In this document: positions 8,301 through 17,797 of the stretch, piece by piece
Position numbering within the stretch: position 1 is the first letter of the stretch
Layout of the letters: each line of letters begins with the position of its first letter
Source of the DNA: an uncultured Pseudomonadota bacterium
GTDB taxonomy: Bacteria; Pseudomonadota; Alphaproteobacteria; Rs-D84
Direction: 5' to 3'
Length of the DNA stretch: 42,454 nucleotides
NCBI GenBank assembly: GCA_949292385.1
Contig: CASEZC010000034.1
Coordinates: 1 to 42,454 of the forward strand
Translations under genes and position numbers: made by a program
Notes under the pieces: model-generated
Databases searched by the model: none
Seen by the model: the letters and a program-made list of their open reading frames with translations, nothing else
Told to the model about the DNA's origin: nothing

Positions 8301-10254
8301 GACTAGAACTTCCACCAAATATTATATTTCCGGCATTTTCAACAGAAACACTACCAGAAACATCTATAATATTTGCAGAAAACGTTGCTGTTCTTGACGT
8401 GCTATCAACGGCAACGATATCACCACCAATATTTATACTTCCATTTGTTGCAGTTAATATAAAACCAGGCGTTCCAGCTGCTGCAACATTTACAGAACCA
8501 GCTGATACCGCCTGCTCTGCACTAAGAGAAACGTTTCCATCTATATTAACTGAACCATTTGCAACAGTTACAGATTTCGTAGCGGAATCAATATTCATAT
8601 TACCAGTATCCGTAACATCAAGATTTCCATTAACAATAGTTACACCACCACCAAGTGATTTTAAATTAAGTGTTCCACCAGTAACATCAACCGCACCGAT
8701 AGTTAAATCCCCTAAATTAACATCCGAACCTTCTATACTTGTAACACCAGCAGAGTTCGTTAAAGTACCGTCTATTGCAACACTACGCGCACTTATTAAA
8801 GAATTACCCGTTTCATTTACGAAATTACCAGTAATATTAACTGCACCGTCTTGACCTGTGGTTGCCAAAACATTTAAAGCACTTCCAGAATTTGTAACAT
8901 CGGTCAAACTAACATTTGTACCACTTAACGTCATCTGCCCAAGGTTGGAAACATCTCCAGAAACAGACAAAACATTAGAAGAATTTAAATTTGTTACAGA
9001 ATTTATATTTCCGCTGCTAACATTTCCAGAAACAACTATACCTGTACCAGATGCATCATTTGCTGTAATACTTAAATTGCCACCGTTATTTATAACCGAC
9101 GTTGCAGAAACAGATTGCGCCAACAATGTCATACCTGCATCGACATTTCCAGCAGAACCATTATTTATAGTTCCTGCATTCAAAGCCCCAGCAGTAACAT
9201 TTAAATAAAAGTTATCTATATTGCTATTTATCCAATCTGTATTACCTGTAACCAACGTACCAGTTGTAACATTGAAAACATTATTTTCATTCATACCGCT
9301 CAGGTCGAAACCACTGGCTAAATTAGTCTCACCTGAAACAGTTAAATACAAATCACCAGAATTAACGAAAGAAGAATTTAACGAATCGCCACCAGCAACA
9401 GTCAAACTATCCGCATTAATCTTCAAAGAACCAGAATTCGAATCGTTTTTCACGGTTCCAGCAACACTTATATCACCAGCACTTACAATCATTGAGGAAC
9501 CGGAATTTTCTAAATTTCCAGACGTTATATTCAAATTTCCAGAAGCAGCTATATTAAACGTACCGCCATCTTGTCCATTTTGAATTGTTCCATCAGAAGT
9601 AATATTACCAGTAGTAATATCAATATTTCCACTTCCAGAATTTATAAATCCGCCCAGCGCCAAATCCGATGTAACATTCAAAGAATTCAAAGCTCCAGAT
9701 ACATTAATCGCACCAGCATTCATAGATTGTGCAGTAACAGACAAACCGGTTGTTGCAACAGTTGCACCAGCTATCGTCAAAGTATCTGCATTTTGTATTT
9801 TTAATTCTCCGTTTGCATTTACGGAACCAAAACTCATATCAACAGCACTTTCTGGTGCTAAAAAAGAAAGATTATAACCACTATTTACAACAACACTATC
9901 TGCAACAGTTATTGCCCCTTCGGAAGAAATTGTAAAAGTATTGTCTATTCCGCCTGCACCACCCAAAGCATACAAATCACCATTCGAACCACCCTGGAAA
10001 TTAGGGTCACCAATATATAAAGCGCCTGCGACATTCAACCCTTGACTTGCACCATCGCTACTACTTATTACAATACCATTACCAGACTGTATGGCTAAAT
10101 TTCCATCAGTTGTACTTAAACCGGTTAATCCACCGTCACTACCAACAGCGTTTCCAGAACCAGGATTGTAATTAGGAACATAACCATCAGGATAAACAGC
10201 CGCCTCTGCATAAAAAGGCAACAAACAATATGCAAGCGTAAATATCTTTTTCAT
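5371..10254 (-). CDS. Large autotransporter-like outer-membrane adhesin
   Basis: Signal peptide from MKKIFTLAY (ATG 10254); about 1100 aa of Gly/Asn/Ser/Thr-rich beta-helix-like passenger; C-terminal amphipathic beta-strands ending VSGSYRF. Confidence 0.85.
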   Translation of the reverse strand: MKKIFTLAYCLLPFYAEAAVYPDGYVPNYNPGSGNAVGSDGGLTGLSTTDGNLAIQSGNGIVISSSDGASQGLNVAGALYIGDPNFQGGSNGDLYALGGAGGIDNTFTISSEGAITVADSVVVNSGYNLSFLAPESAVDMSFGSVNANGELKIQNADTLTIAGATVATTGLSVTAQSMNAGAINVSGALNSLNVTSDLALGGFINSGSGNIDITTGNITSDGTIQNGQDGGTFNIAASGNLNITSGNLENSGSSMIVSAGDISVAGTVKNDSNSGSLKINADSLTVAGGDSLNSSFVNSGDLYLTVSGETNLASGFDLSGMNENNVFNVTTGTLVTGNTDWINSNIDNFYLNVTAGALNAGTINNGSAGNVDAGMTLLAQSVSATSVINNGGNLSITANDASGTGIVVSGNVSSGNINSVTNLNSSNVLSVSGDVSNLGQMTLSGTNVSLTDVTNSGSALNVLATTGQDGAVNITGNFVNETGNSLISARSVAIDGTLTNSAGVTSIEGSDVNLGDLTIGAVDVTGGTLNLKSLGGGVTIVNGNLDVTDTGNMNIDSATKSVTVANGSVNIDGNVSLSAEQAVSAGSVNVAAAGTPGFILTATNGSINIGGDIVAVDSTSRTATFSANIIDVSGSVSVENAGNIIFGGSSSQKLNVAGNVSTSNGGSVKFVTDDTDVGALQELSGGKIIATGSQITATSGSINIEDGVWFDASNPTIGLVVSETNELNLTTEVDGIYLAGGMNIASGNTLNVNSAENAELFGLVNNSGTLAVSAVNGSMEFDNTVTNSGTLTANAKTIAFSGVNNSGGNISLNSSDITLGSLTNTGNFVQGGTSGTFNLIASDINFSANNLDVTGAFSAISGNATYDVSNNVSFSGNVDVSEGASIAMVAGNAISAADLTNAGTASFTAENGISFGTINNTGSLSLDSGNGFINVNDFDAGSNGTIALAGQGLKSAADFVTNSALYQNYKGSLPEGGINITSKDFSISANSFDIGGGIFADNISFNAANYETGMNVTVDGDVSGGVAFNGLNQMTINGNYTFNKNSSILANIFGSSEKNYWATVNTTEGEDFGKITNNLGDGTAEALITVNGDFISGFNSASEFGNPAVNAPMQNGQIGLVLNDIVDQGSAIWLLHTEGEGNSIIESNDLAKLRNLNVSFCNADGSICINYLDTLNPNNGATDEDLPAYVTVRDSDGDGIMDSLYVVFDPQFGGPIQVFKLQPIVAATEGFTKGEYASANAIDNLIADRLLSAGFYNRTMIELLPEIFTGSNLEQMAWELYNRMEDYSEAMDKNGYELTQFTRLFQPRELEQIAGAIALNDHTNYRYFEDRMFDEFIWNRNRNLKKAWLDVDFGMFSQNVSDGKRVYGNRFNVSGGFDWQASETMILGLTGRISNMSSDNFDDIDLSYADNVISGRVDVNVADTNIGLGGYLMKNLSEKMRVYGNAFLDIHLFDVSRTQNYVAPIEGFGTAFSLTSEWGLMHDWLNQYIVGNAYVRAGYNTGFSVKETANNQDYMNLESDGYLMFTPGYSLIAQKRIYPSAWFQIRPYASIGVEYDVLGAPDEVQYKFAQANSYTSYDVDLNPLWANIGGGVEMLSASGLQVGLDYRYQYNSVIQLHNIKVSGSYRF

Positions 10255-10335
10255 AGCAATTTTTTTCTTTCTTCCAATCGTTTTTATTATTATATTATGA
10301 CACAATTCGTCAAATAAGACAAGACGTAACTGTAA

Positions 10336-11634
<1,299 letters not shown>

Positions 11635-11647
11635 TAATACATAAAGG

Positions 11648-11671
11648 AGGGGCAGATAAAACTGCCCCTTT
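11648..11671 (+). terminator. Hairpin/terminator after eno
   Basis: AGGGGCAG-ATAAAA-CTGCCCCT followed by a short T run. Confidence 0.65.
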
Positions 11672-11679
11672 AAAAAACT

Positions 11680-11889
11680 ATGACAATAACAGGTGCAACA
11701 ATTTTACTATATGCAAAATATGCGGTTTCAATACTTATACTAATCGGTATATTATTGGCGCCTGCTTGGATTGCACGTCAAACCAAAAAAAGCAAACAAG
11801 ATATGATTCTTGTAAGGCTTGGCAGTTGGATATTTGCCTGGACAGGCATTGGTTGGCTGTGGGCACTATTCTGGGGCAGCAAAAAATAA
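11680..11889 (+). CDS. Superinfection immunity (T4 Imm-like) small membrane protein
   Basis: 69 aa; LAPAWIAR...IFAWTGIGWLWALFWG fits the family pattern PxxIA...GWTxIGWxxALxWA. Confidence 0.75.
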   Translation: MTITGATILLYAKYAVSILILIGILLAPAWIARQTKKSKQDMILVRLGSWIFAWTGIGWLWALFWGSKK

Positions 11890-11911
11890 AAACCTATAAT
11901 AAAAAACAAAT

Positions 11912-11940
11912 AAAAAAGGGCGCAAAAGCCCCTTTATTAT
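11912..11940. terminator. Hairpin between convergent small genes
   Basis: AAAAAAGGGCGC-AAAA-GCCCCTTTATT imperfect inverted repeat. Confidence 0.6.
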
Positions 11941-11968
11941 TTTATAAAAGTAACTTGAAATAAATCAA

Positions 11969-12127
11969 TCACTTCCCATTCTGCCCATCCCTTAAATCTA
12001 CATTTCGTGCGGCCAAAGCAGATACAATATCAAAAACAGCTGCTGTACCCTTTTTATAACCAGCACCATGCATTTCTTTCTGCAAAACGTCTTTTGCTTT
12101 ACTAAAAGTATTCATATTATCAGTCAT
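11969..12127 (-). CDS. Small hypothetical protein (52 aa), absent from the ORF track
   Basis: Translated by hand: MTDNMNTFSKAKDVLQKEMHGAGYKKGTAAVFDIVSALAARNVDLRDGQNGK*; AGAGG SD; TTGACA/TATAAT upstream; hairpin downstream. Confidence 0.55.
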   Translation of the reverse strand: MTDNMNTFSKAKDVLQKEMHGAGYKKGTAAVFDIVSALAARNVDLRDGQNGK

Positions 12128-12165
12128 CTTCAATGCCTCTTAAACATCTCTCTGACAAAATCAAA

Positions 12166-12192
12166 ATTATACTAATTTTTATTTTTTGTCAA
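12166..12192 (-). promoter_or_regulatory. Promoter-like site for the 52-aa ORF
   Basis: Perfect TTGACA and TATAAT hexamers with a short 15-nt spacer. Confidence 0.5.
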
Positions 12193-12214
12193 GTATTATT
12201 TTAATTACATCAAA

Positions 12215-13747
12215 CTACTGTTCACACCCATACATTCCGCAAGCGCCCGCATCTTCTTCCACCGCATATTCTTCAACGACTGCGACTGGAACATTTTGCG
12301 CTGGTTCAGTATAATGAACCTCTTTTACAACGCGAACGCGACGATTTTTAGCGTTTGCTACATTATCAGGCGTTTGAACTGCTAAATCTTCTTCACCGGA
12401 AGACACCGCAACAATCTGACTTGCTGGGATGCCATATTTTATAAGCATTTTCTGAACAGCCTCTGCTCTGCGGCCACCCAATGCATAGTTATAGTTAGAA
12501 GAGCCCATGGTATCAGTATGTCCAACAACAGAAACTTTTATATTCTTGTTATTCTGCGTTGCTGTTGCCAATTTCCTTATCAAGTCTTCATATTCAGTTT
12601 TAATCGTAGCTTTATCAAAATCGAACAAGATTTCGAAGACCTCTTCCATAACATGCTGTTTTGGTTCCAAAGGAATTTGCTGAACTTTTATTATAGTTTT
12701 TTCAGCAGAAGCATTTGCCGCATTTGCCTGCAACTGATCCAAGCGAGCATTAATTGCCGCCAGTTCTGCACGCATAGCCATCATCATATTAATAAACTCT
12801 TCACGTGTAACCAATTCCTCACCAATCATAGGTATCGGCTCTGCAGAAATTTCTTGCTGAGGTTCAACCTGTGGCACAGTCTGCGCTTCAACAACTTCTG
12901 CAGCTTCAATAGTTTTTTCTTGTTCTTGTGCCGGTGCAGCATTATTTCTTGTTATCGTTTTATCGCCACCATATATATTTTGGTTAAATACTAACGGTTG
13001 AACAGGAACTGGATTTATCAAATGCTCTGGAACATTTACATTATTTACGATAATAACACCTTCACGAGCTTTACCGACGCCACGCATTTCAGATAAATTA
13101 CGTGTATCTGGGTAATACTTTTGCTGTTCTACTGTATTTTGCTGTACATTGTTAACTGCAACCGTTTCTTGTGTAGTTTCTATAACGGTACAATCCGCAC
13201 TATTTGAATCAGAACAATCAACCAATGCATTCATTGTCTTAATAAAACGAGCTTTACATTCATCAGCCGTTCCCATCTGACCACTAGCCGTTGCTGACAA
13301 CCAACAATCATACTTAGCCTGCGCTTCCGCAGCAAGCTTTGGATTTGTCATGCTAGCATCATTCTTTAACTGATTCAGCAAATCATTATATGCATTATAA
13401 AGTTCAAATGACTGTTGTTCATCTTCAACAAGCCAATTTTCCAAAGTTTCAGGAAATGGTAATTCTCCAGAAAACGCTGCAACAGCCTTCTGCGCAAAGA
13501 ATTCACCCATTTCAGGATAACCACTTGTTCTTGCATTATATACAGCATAAGACCTGTAATTCATAGCTAATTGATTTAAGAAAGAATCTTTATGTGGTGC
13601 AGAATAAACATCCAAGCTTTCAACATAATCAACAGTTGGCGTCGCCACTGGAGCGTAAGCATTTTCGTCACTTCCCGCGCAACCAACCAATCCAATCGCA
13701 GACAAAGCAGCTAAAACACGAGAAAGCATAAACGATTTATTTTTCAT
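12215..13747 (-). CDS. OmpA-family peptidoglycan-binding lipoprotein
   Basis: Lipobox LVG-C; C-terminal FDFDKA...VVGHTD...NYALGGRRAEAV...NRRV; N-terminal helical domain with AQAKYDCW. Confidence 0.9.
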   Translation of the reverse strand: MKNKSFMLSRVLAALSAIGLVGCAGSDENAYAPVATPTVDYVESLDVYSAPHKDSFLNQLAMNYRSYAVYNARTSGYPEMGEFFAQKAVAAFSGELPFPETLENWLVEDEQQSFELYNAYNDLLNQLKNDASMTNPKLAAEAQAKYDCWLSATASGQMGTADECKARFIKTMNALVDCSDSNSADCTVIETTQETVAVNNVQQNTVEQQKYYPDTRNLSEMRGVGKAREGVIIVNNVNVPEHLINPVPVQPLVFNQNIYGGDKTITRNNAAPAQEQEKTIEAAEVVEAQTVPQVEPQQEISAEPIPMIGEELVTREEFINMMMAMRAELAAINARLDQLQANAANASAEKTIIKVQQIPLEPKQHVMEEVFEILFDFDKATIKTEYEDLIRKLATATQNNKNIKVSVVGHTDTMGSSNYNYALGGRRAEAVQKMLIKYGIPASQIVAVSSGEEDLAVQTPDNVANAKNRRVRVVKEVHYTEPAQNVPVAVVEEYAVEEDAGACGMYGCEQ

Positions 13748-13824
13748 AAAAAAATCCTTTCTATAATTAGTTCAATTATACGATTTTTACGCTTACTAGT
13801 AAAGAGAAAAAACAACCTTCAAAA

Positions 13825-14646
13825 TTAATTCGCCATGAATTGTGCAGCAATAGATCCCAAAGAAGACAAACCACCTAAGCCAGACATTCCACTTCCAGTA
13901 ATAGCCCCGACTTGATTCATTATATTGCCCGTATTTGTAGGCTGTCCTATGTTGCTTATTGTAGTATTCAACAAATCACCCCACATAGCGCGTTTTTTAG
14001 CACTCAATTTTGCATAGGAACAATTTTCCACCTTTGAAAGAATTTTTGCTGCCATAGTAGCTTCTGACGCAGTATAATCAGCTTCTGAAAAGTCAATTAA
14101 ATTAAATATATCATATATATCCGAAACAGTTTTTTTATTTTTATCAGAACAAGTCCTTGACCCATCAGAGCAATACGTCGCCCTACCCACCTGTGGATAA
14201 CCAGCCCAAATCACGCCATCTTCCGCACTTCCTGTAAACCAATTATAACAAATATCTTCTGAATCCGTACCGGCAGCAATTATAACAGCAGTTTCATATC
14301 CATTAGCTGTATTACAACGCTTTCTTCCTAACCTAGCCTCTACTTCTTTGGCACTCATTGTGCCGGTCTTAGCCCATTCTTTCATCGTCTCATTAACGAA
14401 ATTTATTTCTTGTGATGTAGGCATACATTCTGCCGTTAATTCTTTTTGCTTAGCATTCATCTGTTGTACACTGCCAACCAACCCCAAAACAGTAGAAACT
14501 AAACTTGTCGTGGTTGCAGAACTAGAAGCCTCTTGCGTAGCGACGGGCGCCGCTTTTTTAATAGTTATCGCAGAAAACGCTGGTTCAGAAATTCCAGCAA
14601 ACAAGAAACATACAAAAAAAGCAAAAAATCTTTTCATCTCTCTCAT
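13825..14646 (-). CDS. Exported Cys-containing hypothetical protein
   Basis: Signal peptide (MREMKRFFAFFVCFLFAGISEPAFSA); six Cys in the mature part; Gly/Ser-rich amphipathic C-terminus; start may be 14646 or 14637. Confidence 0.75.
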   Translation of the reverse strand: MREMKRFFAFFVCFLFAGISEPAFSAITIKKAAPVATQEASSSATTTSLVSTVLGLVGSVQQMNAKQKELTAECMPTSQEINFVNETMKEWAKTGTMSAKEVEARLGRKRCNTANGYETAVIIAAGTDSEDICYNWFTGSAEDGVIWAGYPQVGRATYCSDGSRTCSDKNKKTVSDIYDIFNLIDFSEADYTASEATMAAKILSKVENCSYAKLSAKKRAMWGDLLNTTISNIGQPTNTGNIMNQVGAITGSGMSGLGGLSSLGSIAAQFMAN

Positions 14647-14725
14647 AGTCAAAGTATAACACAATTTTTTTTCTGAATAAATATAAAAATTGCTTTTTTA
14701 TAAAACCCAGTTTAAACTAGGTACT

Positions 14726-15205
14726 GTGAAACGAGAAAATCGTAATTTTATTATTTTTATGAAACACAGACGCTTAAAACGCCTGTGGCAGTTTTTCTTT
14801 ACTGGCTGGGGTTTAGTAATGGTCGTTGCTTTAATTGCAGGCGCATTATTTTCTAAACAGCTTTTATGGACCCCTATATCAGCCATAAATATGACAGATA
14901 TAGTAACCAACCAATTCAAAATGTCTGGCGCATCATTTGCAGGCACAGACACAAATGGTGAACCTTTTAAAATAAACGCAAAAAGTGCTCGTCAAGAATA
15001 TAACTATCCTGATATAATATTTTTAGAAAAAGTTTCTGGCACGGTAAACCGAATATCAAACAAAGAAAAAATAACAGATAACATTTCGGCAAACTCTGGC
15101 AAGTATAACAAAAAAACAAAAACAGTAACATTATTAAACAATGTAAAAATAGACTCCAGCAATGGGGACAAGATAAGAACAGATGAATTGGTGATAAAAT
15201 TATGA
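14726..15205 (+). CDS. lptC: LPS export periplasmic protein LptC-like
   Basis: N-terminal TM, F.GTD.NG.PF.I.A.SARQ and A.SG.Y......V.L.NNV.I beta-jellyroll pattern, ATGA overlap with lptB; start may be GTG 14726 or ATG 14759. Confidence 0.75.
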   Translation: MKRENRNFIIFMKHRRLKRLWQFFFTGWGLVMVVALIAGALFSKQLLWTPISAINMTDIVTNQFKMSGASFAGTDTNGEPFKINAKSARQEYNYPDIIFLEKVSGTVNRISNKEKITDNISANSGKYNKKTKTVTLLNNVKIDSSNGDKIRTDELVIKL

Positions 15206-15930
15206 AACAATCCGTATTGCGCATTCAGCATCTTTCAAAATCTTATGGCAAAAGAATGGTCATAAAAGACATATCTATGGAGGCACGCCAAGGCGAATCA
15301 GTTGGCTTGCTTGGTCCTAACGGGGCTGGGAAAACAACCGCTTTTTATTGCATAACAGGACAGTTAAACGCAACAGGCGGTCAAATATTTTTAAATTCAC
15401 AAGACATAACTCATCTGCCTTTTTATCAGCGTGCAAGATTACACATTGGTTATTTACCACAAGAAAACAGTGTTTTTCGTGGTCTAACAGTTGAACAAAA
15501 TATAATGGCAATACTGGAAGTTGTCGAACCAAGCAAAAAAAAGCGCAAACAAAAATTAGACGCTTTACTAGAAGAATTTTCTATATCAAGCCTAAGACGT
15601 AGTCCTGCGACAGCATTATCAGGTGGCGAAAGACGCCGCGTTGAAATTGCGCGCGCACTGGCAAACGACCCTAAATTCATATTATTAGACGAACCATTTG
15701 CAGGGATTGACCCAATTGCAGTTAATGAAATCAGAAGTTTAGTATCCCAATTAAAGAATCGCGGGCTTGGCGTAATAATAACAGACCATAATGTTCGCGA
15801 AACACTTGGTATTACAGATAGAAGCTATGTTTTACATGATGGAAAAATATTAAAACACGGAACAACAGAAGAAATCGTAAAAGACGAAATGGTAAAGAAA
15901 GTGTATTTAGGTGAAGATTTTGTAATGTAA
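15202..15930 (+). CDS. lptB: LPS export ABC transporter ATPase
   Basis: GPNGAGKTT, GYLPQE, LSGGERRRVEIARAL, DEPFAGIDP, ITDHNVRETL, VYLGEDF. Confidence 0.97.
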   Translation: MKQSVLRIQHLSKSYGKRMVIKDISMEARQGESVGLLGPNGAGKTTAFYCITGQLNATGGQIFLNSQDITHLPFYQRARLHIGYLPQENSVFRGLTVEQNIMAILEVVEPSKKKRKQKLDALLEEFSISSLRRSPATALSGGERRRVEIARALANDPKFILLDEPFAGIDPIAVNEIRSLVSQLKNRGLGVIITDHNVRETLGITDRSYVLHDGKILKHGTTEEIVKDEMVKKVYLGEDFVM

Positions 15931-15960
15931 AAAAAGTCCCGTTTTAAACGGGCTTTTTTT
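15930..15960. terminator. Bidirectional terminator between lptB and carD
   Basis: AAAAAAGTCCCGTT-TT-AAACGGGCTTTTTTT between convergent stops. Confidence 0.75.
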
Positions 15961-16525
15961 ATGCATCATCTTCTTCCATATCGTCTTCGTCATCATCAAC
16001 GTCAACGGCATTCAAATCTATTTCTTTCGGAATACCCAAAATATCTTCAATTTTTTCAGAAGCTTCATCTAAATCTATTTTATGCAAAACAGCGAACTCT
16101 TGTGCCATACGTTCCAAAGCACGCAAATATAACTGCCTTGCCGAGAATGTCATAGTATCAGCAGCGGTTCTGCGCTGTAAATCACGAACAACCTCTGCCA
16201 GCTTCATTGGGTCACCAGAATTAATATTTTCTTCGTACTGCGCTGCACGACGCGCCCATATCATACGCTTTGCCCCTGCCTTACCTTTAGCAGACGCAAT
16301 AGCTTCATCCATTTTCTTAACGGACGTCAAAGGACGCAGACCAGAAATTTCAGCACGTTCAACGGGAACACGCAATGTCATATGATTTCTTTCAAAATCA
16401 ATAACCAACATTTTTATTTTCTGATCACCGATTGTTTGTTCTTCTACGCGAACCAATTTACCAACACCCTGTGTTGGATAAACGACATACTGACCTGCTT
16501 TAAAATCTAATTTTTTACTTGGCAT
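15959..16525 (-). CDS. carD: CarD/CdnL family RNA polymerase-binding transcription factor
   Basis: FKAGQYVVYPTQGVG, conserved Trp in MIWARR, INSGD...AEVVRDL; acidic tail. Confidence 0.93.
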   Translation of the reverse strand: MPSKKLDFKAGQYVVYPTQGVGKLVRVEEQTIGDQKIKMLVIDFERNHMTLRVPVERAEISGLRPLTSVKKMDEAIASAKGKAGAKRMIWARRAAQYEENINSGDPMKLAEVVRDLQRRTAADTMTFSARQLYLRALERMAQEFAVLHKIDLDEASEKIEDILGIPKEIDLNAVDVDDDEDDMEEDDA

Positions 16526-16607
16526 AATAAGATACCTTTACCCTTTTGCCATTCTCTCATCGGTGAGTATTATACCATAAAAAACCAAAAAAACAAATAA
16601 TACACTA

Positions 16608-16643
16608 AAAATAAAGCGACCTTTTAAAAGGCCGCTTTATTTT
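16608..16643. terminator. Intrinsic terminator
   Basis: AAAATAAAGCGACCTT-TTAA-AAGGCCGCTTTATTTT at the stop of 16642..17199. Confidence 0.75.
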
Positions 16644-17199
16644 ATCTTATCATTCTACGCAAAGTACCGCTTGTTCTTCTTATACTAGACTCACGACTTC
16701 CTGTCGTAGTACCGCTTGAAGTAGCGCAAACCCATTCATCCCCCTGCAAAATAGCACTTTGACCATCAGGGCATTCAGGTTTTTCTATTCTCCAACCGAA
16801 ACAACTTCCCTTCTGATAAGAAGTATATGTTGCATTATCCGCCCCGCCACGAGTATAAGCACCATATTCAGGATTCCAAATACCTGCCGGTTCACCACTA
16901 CACCACTTTCTATCGCCAAAACATTCTATGCAATTATCATTTGCATCGCAAAGTTCAACGGGTGCAGATGTAGTTTTATAACCGCTGGCCGCACTTTTAC
17001 CACTGCCCATAGATTTTCCATTTTCCAAATCGCGACACCACAACTTCTGGCATTCTGCTGCATCAATTCCGTCTATATCACTATGAGAAACCAAAATATA
17101 CCCAGGGCCACAAGAAGTAAGCTTATTTGCGGCATCGGCTTCACCCACAAAAGGAATTAAACAAAATAAAAATAATAAATAAGTTGCTTTTTTTAACAT
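16642..17199 (-). CDS. Exported Cys-rich hypothetical protein
   Basis: Signal peptide; 10 Cys in the mature region; Arg-rich C-terminus. Confidence 0.8.
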   Translation of the reverse strand: MLKKATYLLFLFCLIPFVGEADAANKLTSCGPGYILVSHSDIDGIDAAECQKLWCRDLENGKSMGSGKSAASGYKTTSAPVELCDANDNCIECFGDRKWCSGEPAGIWNPEYGAYTRGGADNATYTSYQKGSCFGWRIEKPECPDGQSAILQGDEWVCATSSGTTTGSRESSIRRTSGTLRRMIR

Positions 17200-17292
17200 A
17201 AGTAAATCTCTCTTTTTTTATTATTTTATACTTTTTACGTATATTTTGCAAACGTCTTTTATAAAAGAAAAGAACCGGTATACACCGATTCT

Positions 17293-17721
17293 TTATTGTC
17301 CAAGCCCAGCAGGCGAAAAACGCCCGATATTATTAAACAGTTCTTCCAACGCATTTAACTCTATCGCTGCAGGAATCTGCGTTTCATCTTCTGATATCAT
17401 TACCTTTGGCAAGTCCTTATCATACAGAACTTTTATATCTTTTACCTTACTACCATTAACCCACGCCAATAAAACAGTCTTGTTATCATATTCCAACGGC
17501 AAAGGCCCACGATAGTTTTCATCGGCCCCATAATAAATCCACACATCATCGCCATAAACAGTTTTTACCTGAGGCGACCCGATAGTTTCTTCTAATTGAG
17601 TTGTAGTTTTTATATTTTTTACCTGTTCTTCTAAATTTTCAGGAAAAACATAACCACGATGCTTAGTTTGAAAAGTGCACCCGACAAGAAACATACAAAA
17701 AATCAAAAATATTTTTTTCAT
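17293..17721 (-). CDS. bamE: Outer membrane assembly lipoprotein BamE (SmpA/OmlA)
   Basis: Lipobox LVG-C, HRGY, IGSP, W.YY pattern and long alphaproteobacterial-type tail ELFNNIGRF. Confidence 0.8.
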   Translation of the reverse strand: MKKIFLIFCMFLVGCTFQTKHRGYVFPENLEEQVKNIKTTTQLEETIGSPQVKTVYGDDVWIYYGADENYRGPLPLEYDNKTVLLAWVNGSKVKDIKVLYDKDLPKVMISEDETQIPAAIELNALEELFNNIGRFSPAGLGQ

Positions 17722-17759
17722 AAGCAAAATTTACACCAAAAAGTATAAACAATGCAACA

Positions 17760-17797
17760 AAATAAAAATCCGAGAGTAACTCGGATTTTTATTTTTT
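17760..17797. terminator. Intrinsic terminator of the PFOR gene
   Basis: AATAAAAATCCGAG-AGTAA-CTCGGATTTTTATT. Confidence 0.85.

Noticed and set aside
7502-9935. Long plus-strand ORFs inside the autotransporter
   Set aside because: Antisense shadows expected from the codon bias of a Gly/Asn/Ser/Thr-rich gene; no SD or domain signal.
11766-11963. 65-aa ORF overlapping the imm-like gene
   Set aside because: TTG start without SD, runs through the terminator hairpin, no lipobox or motif.
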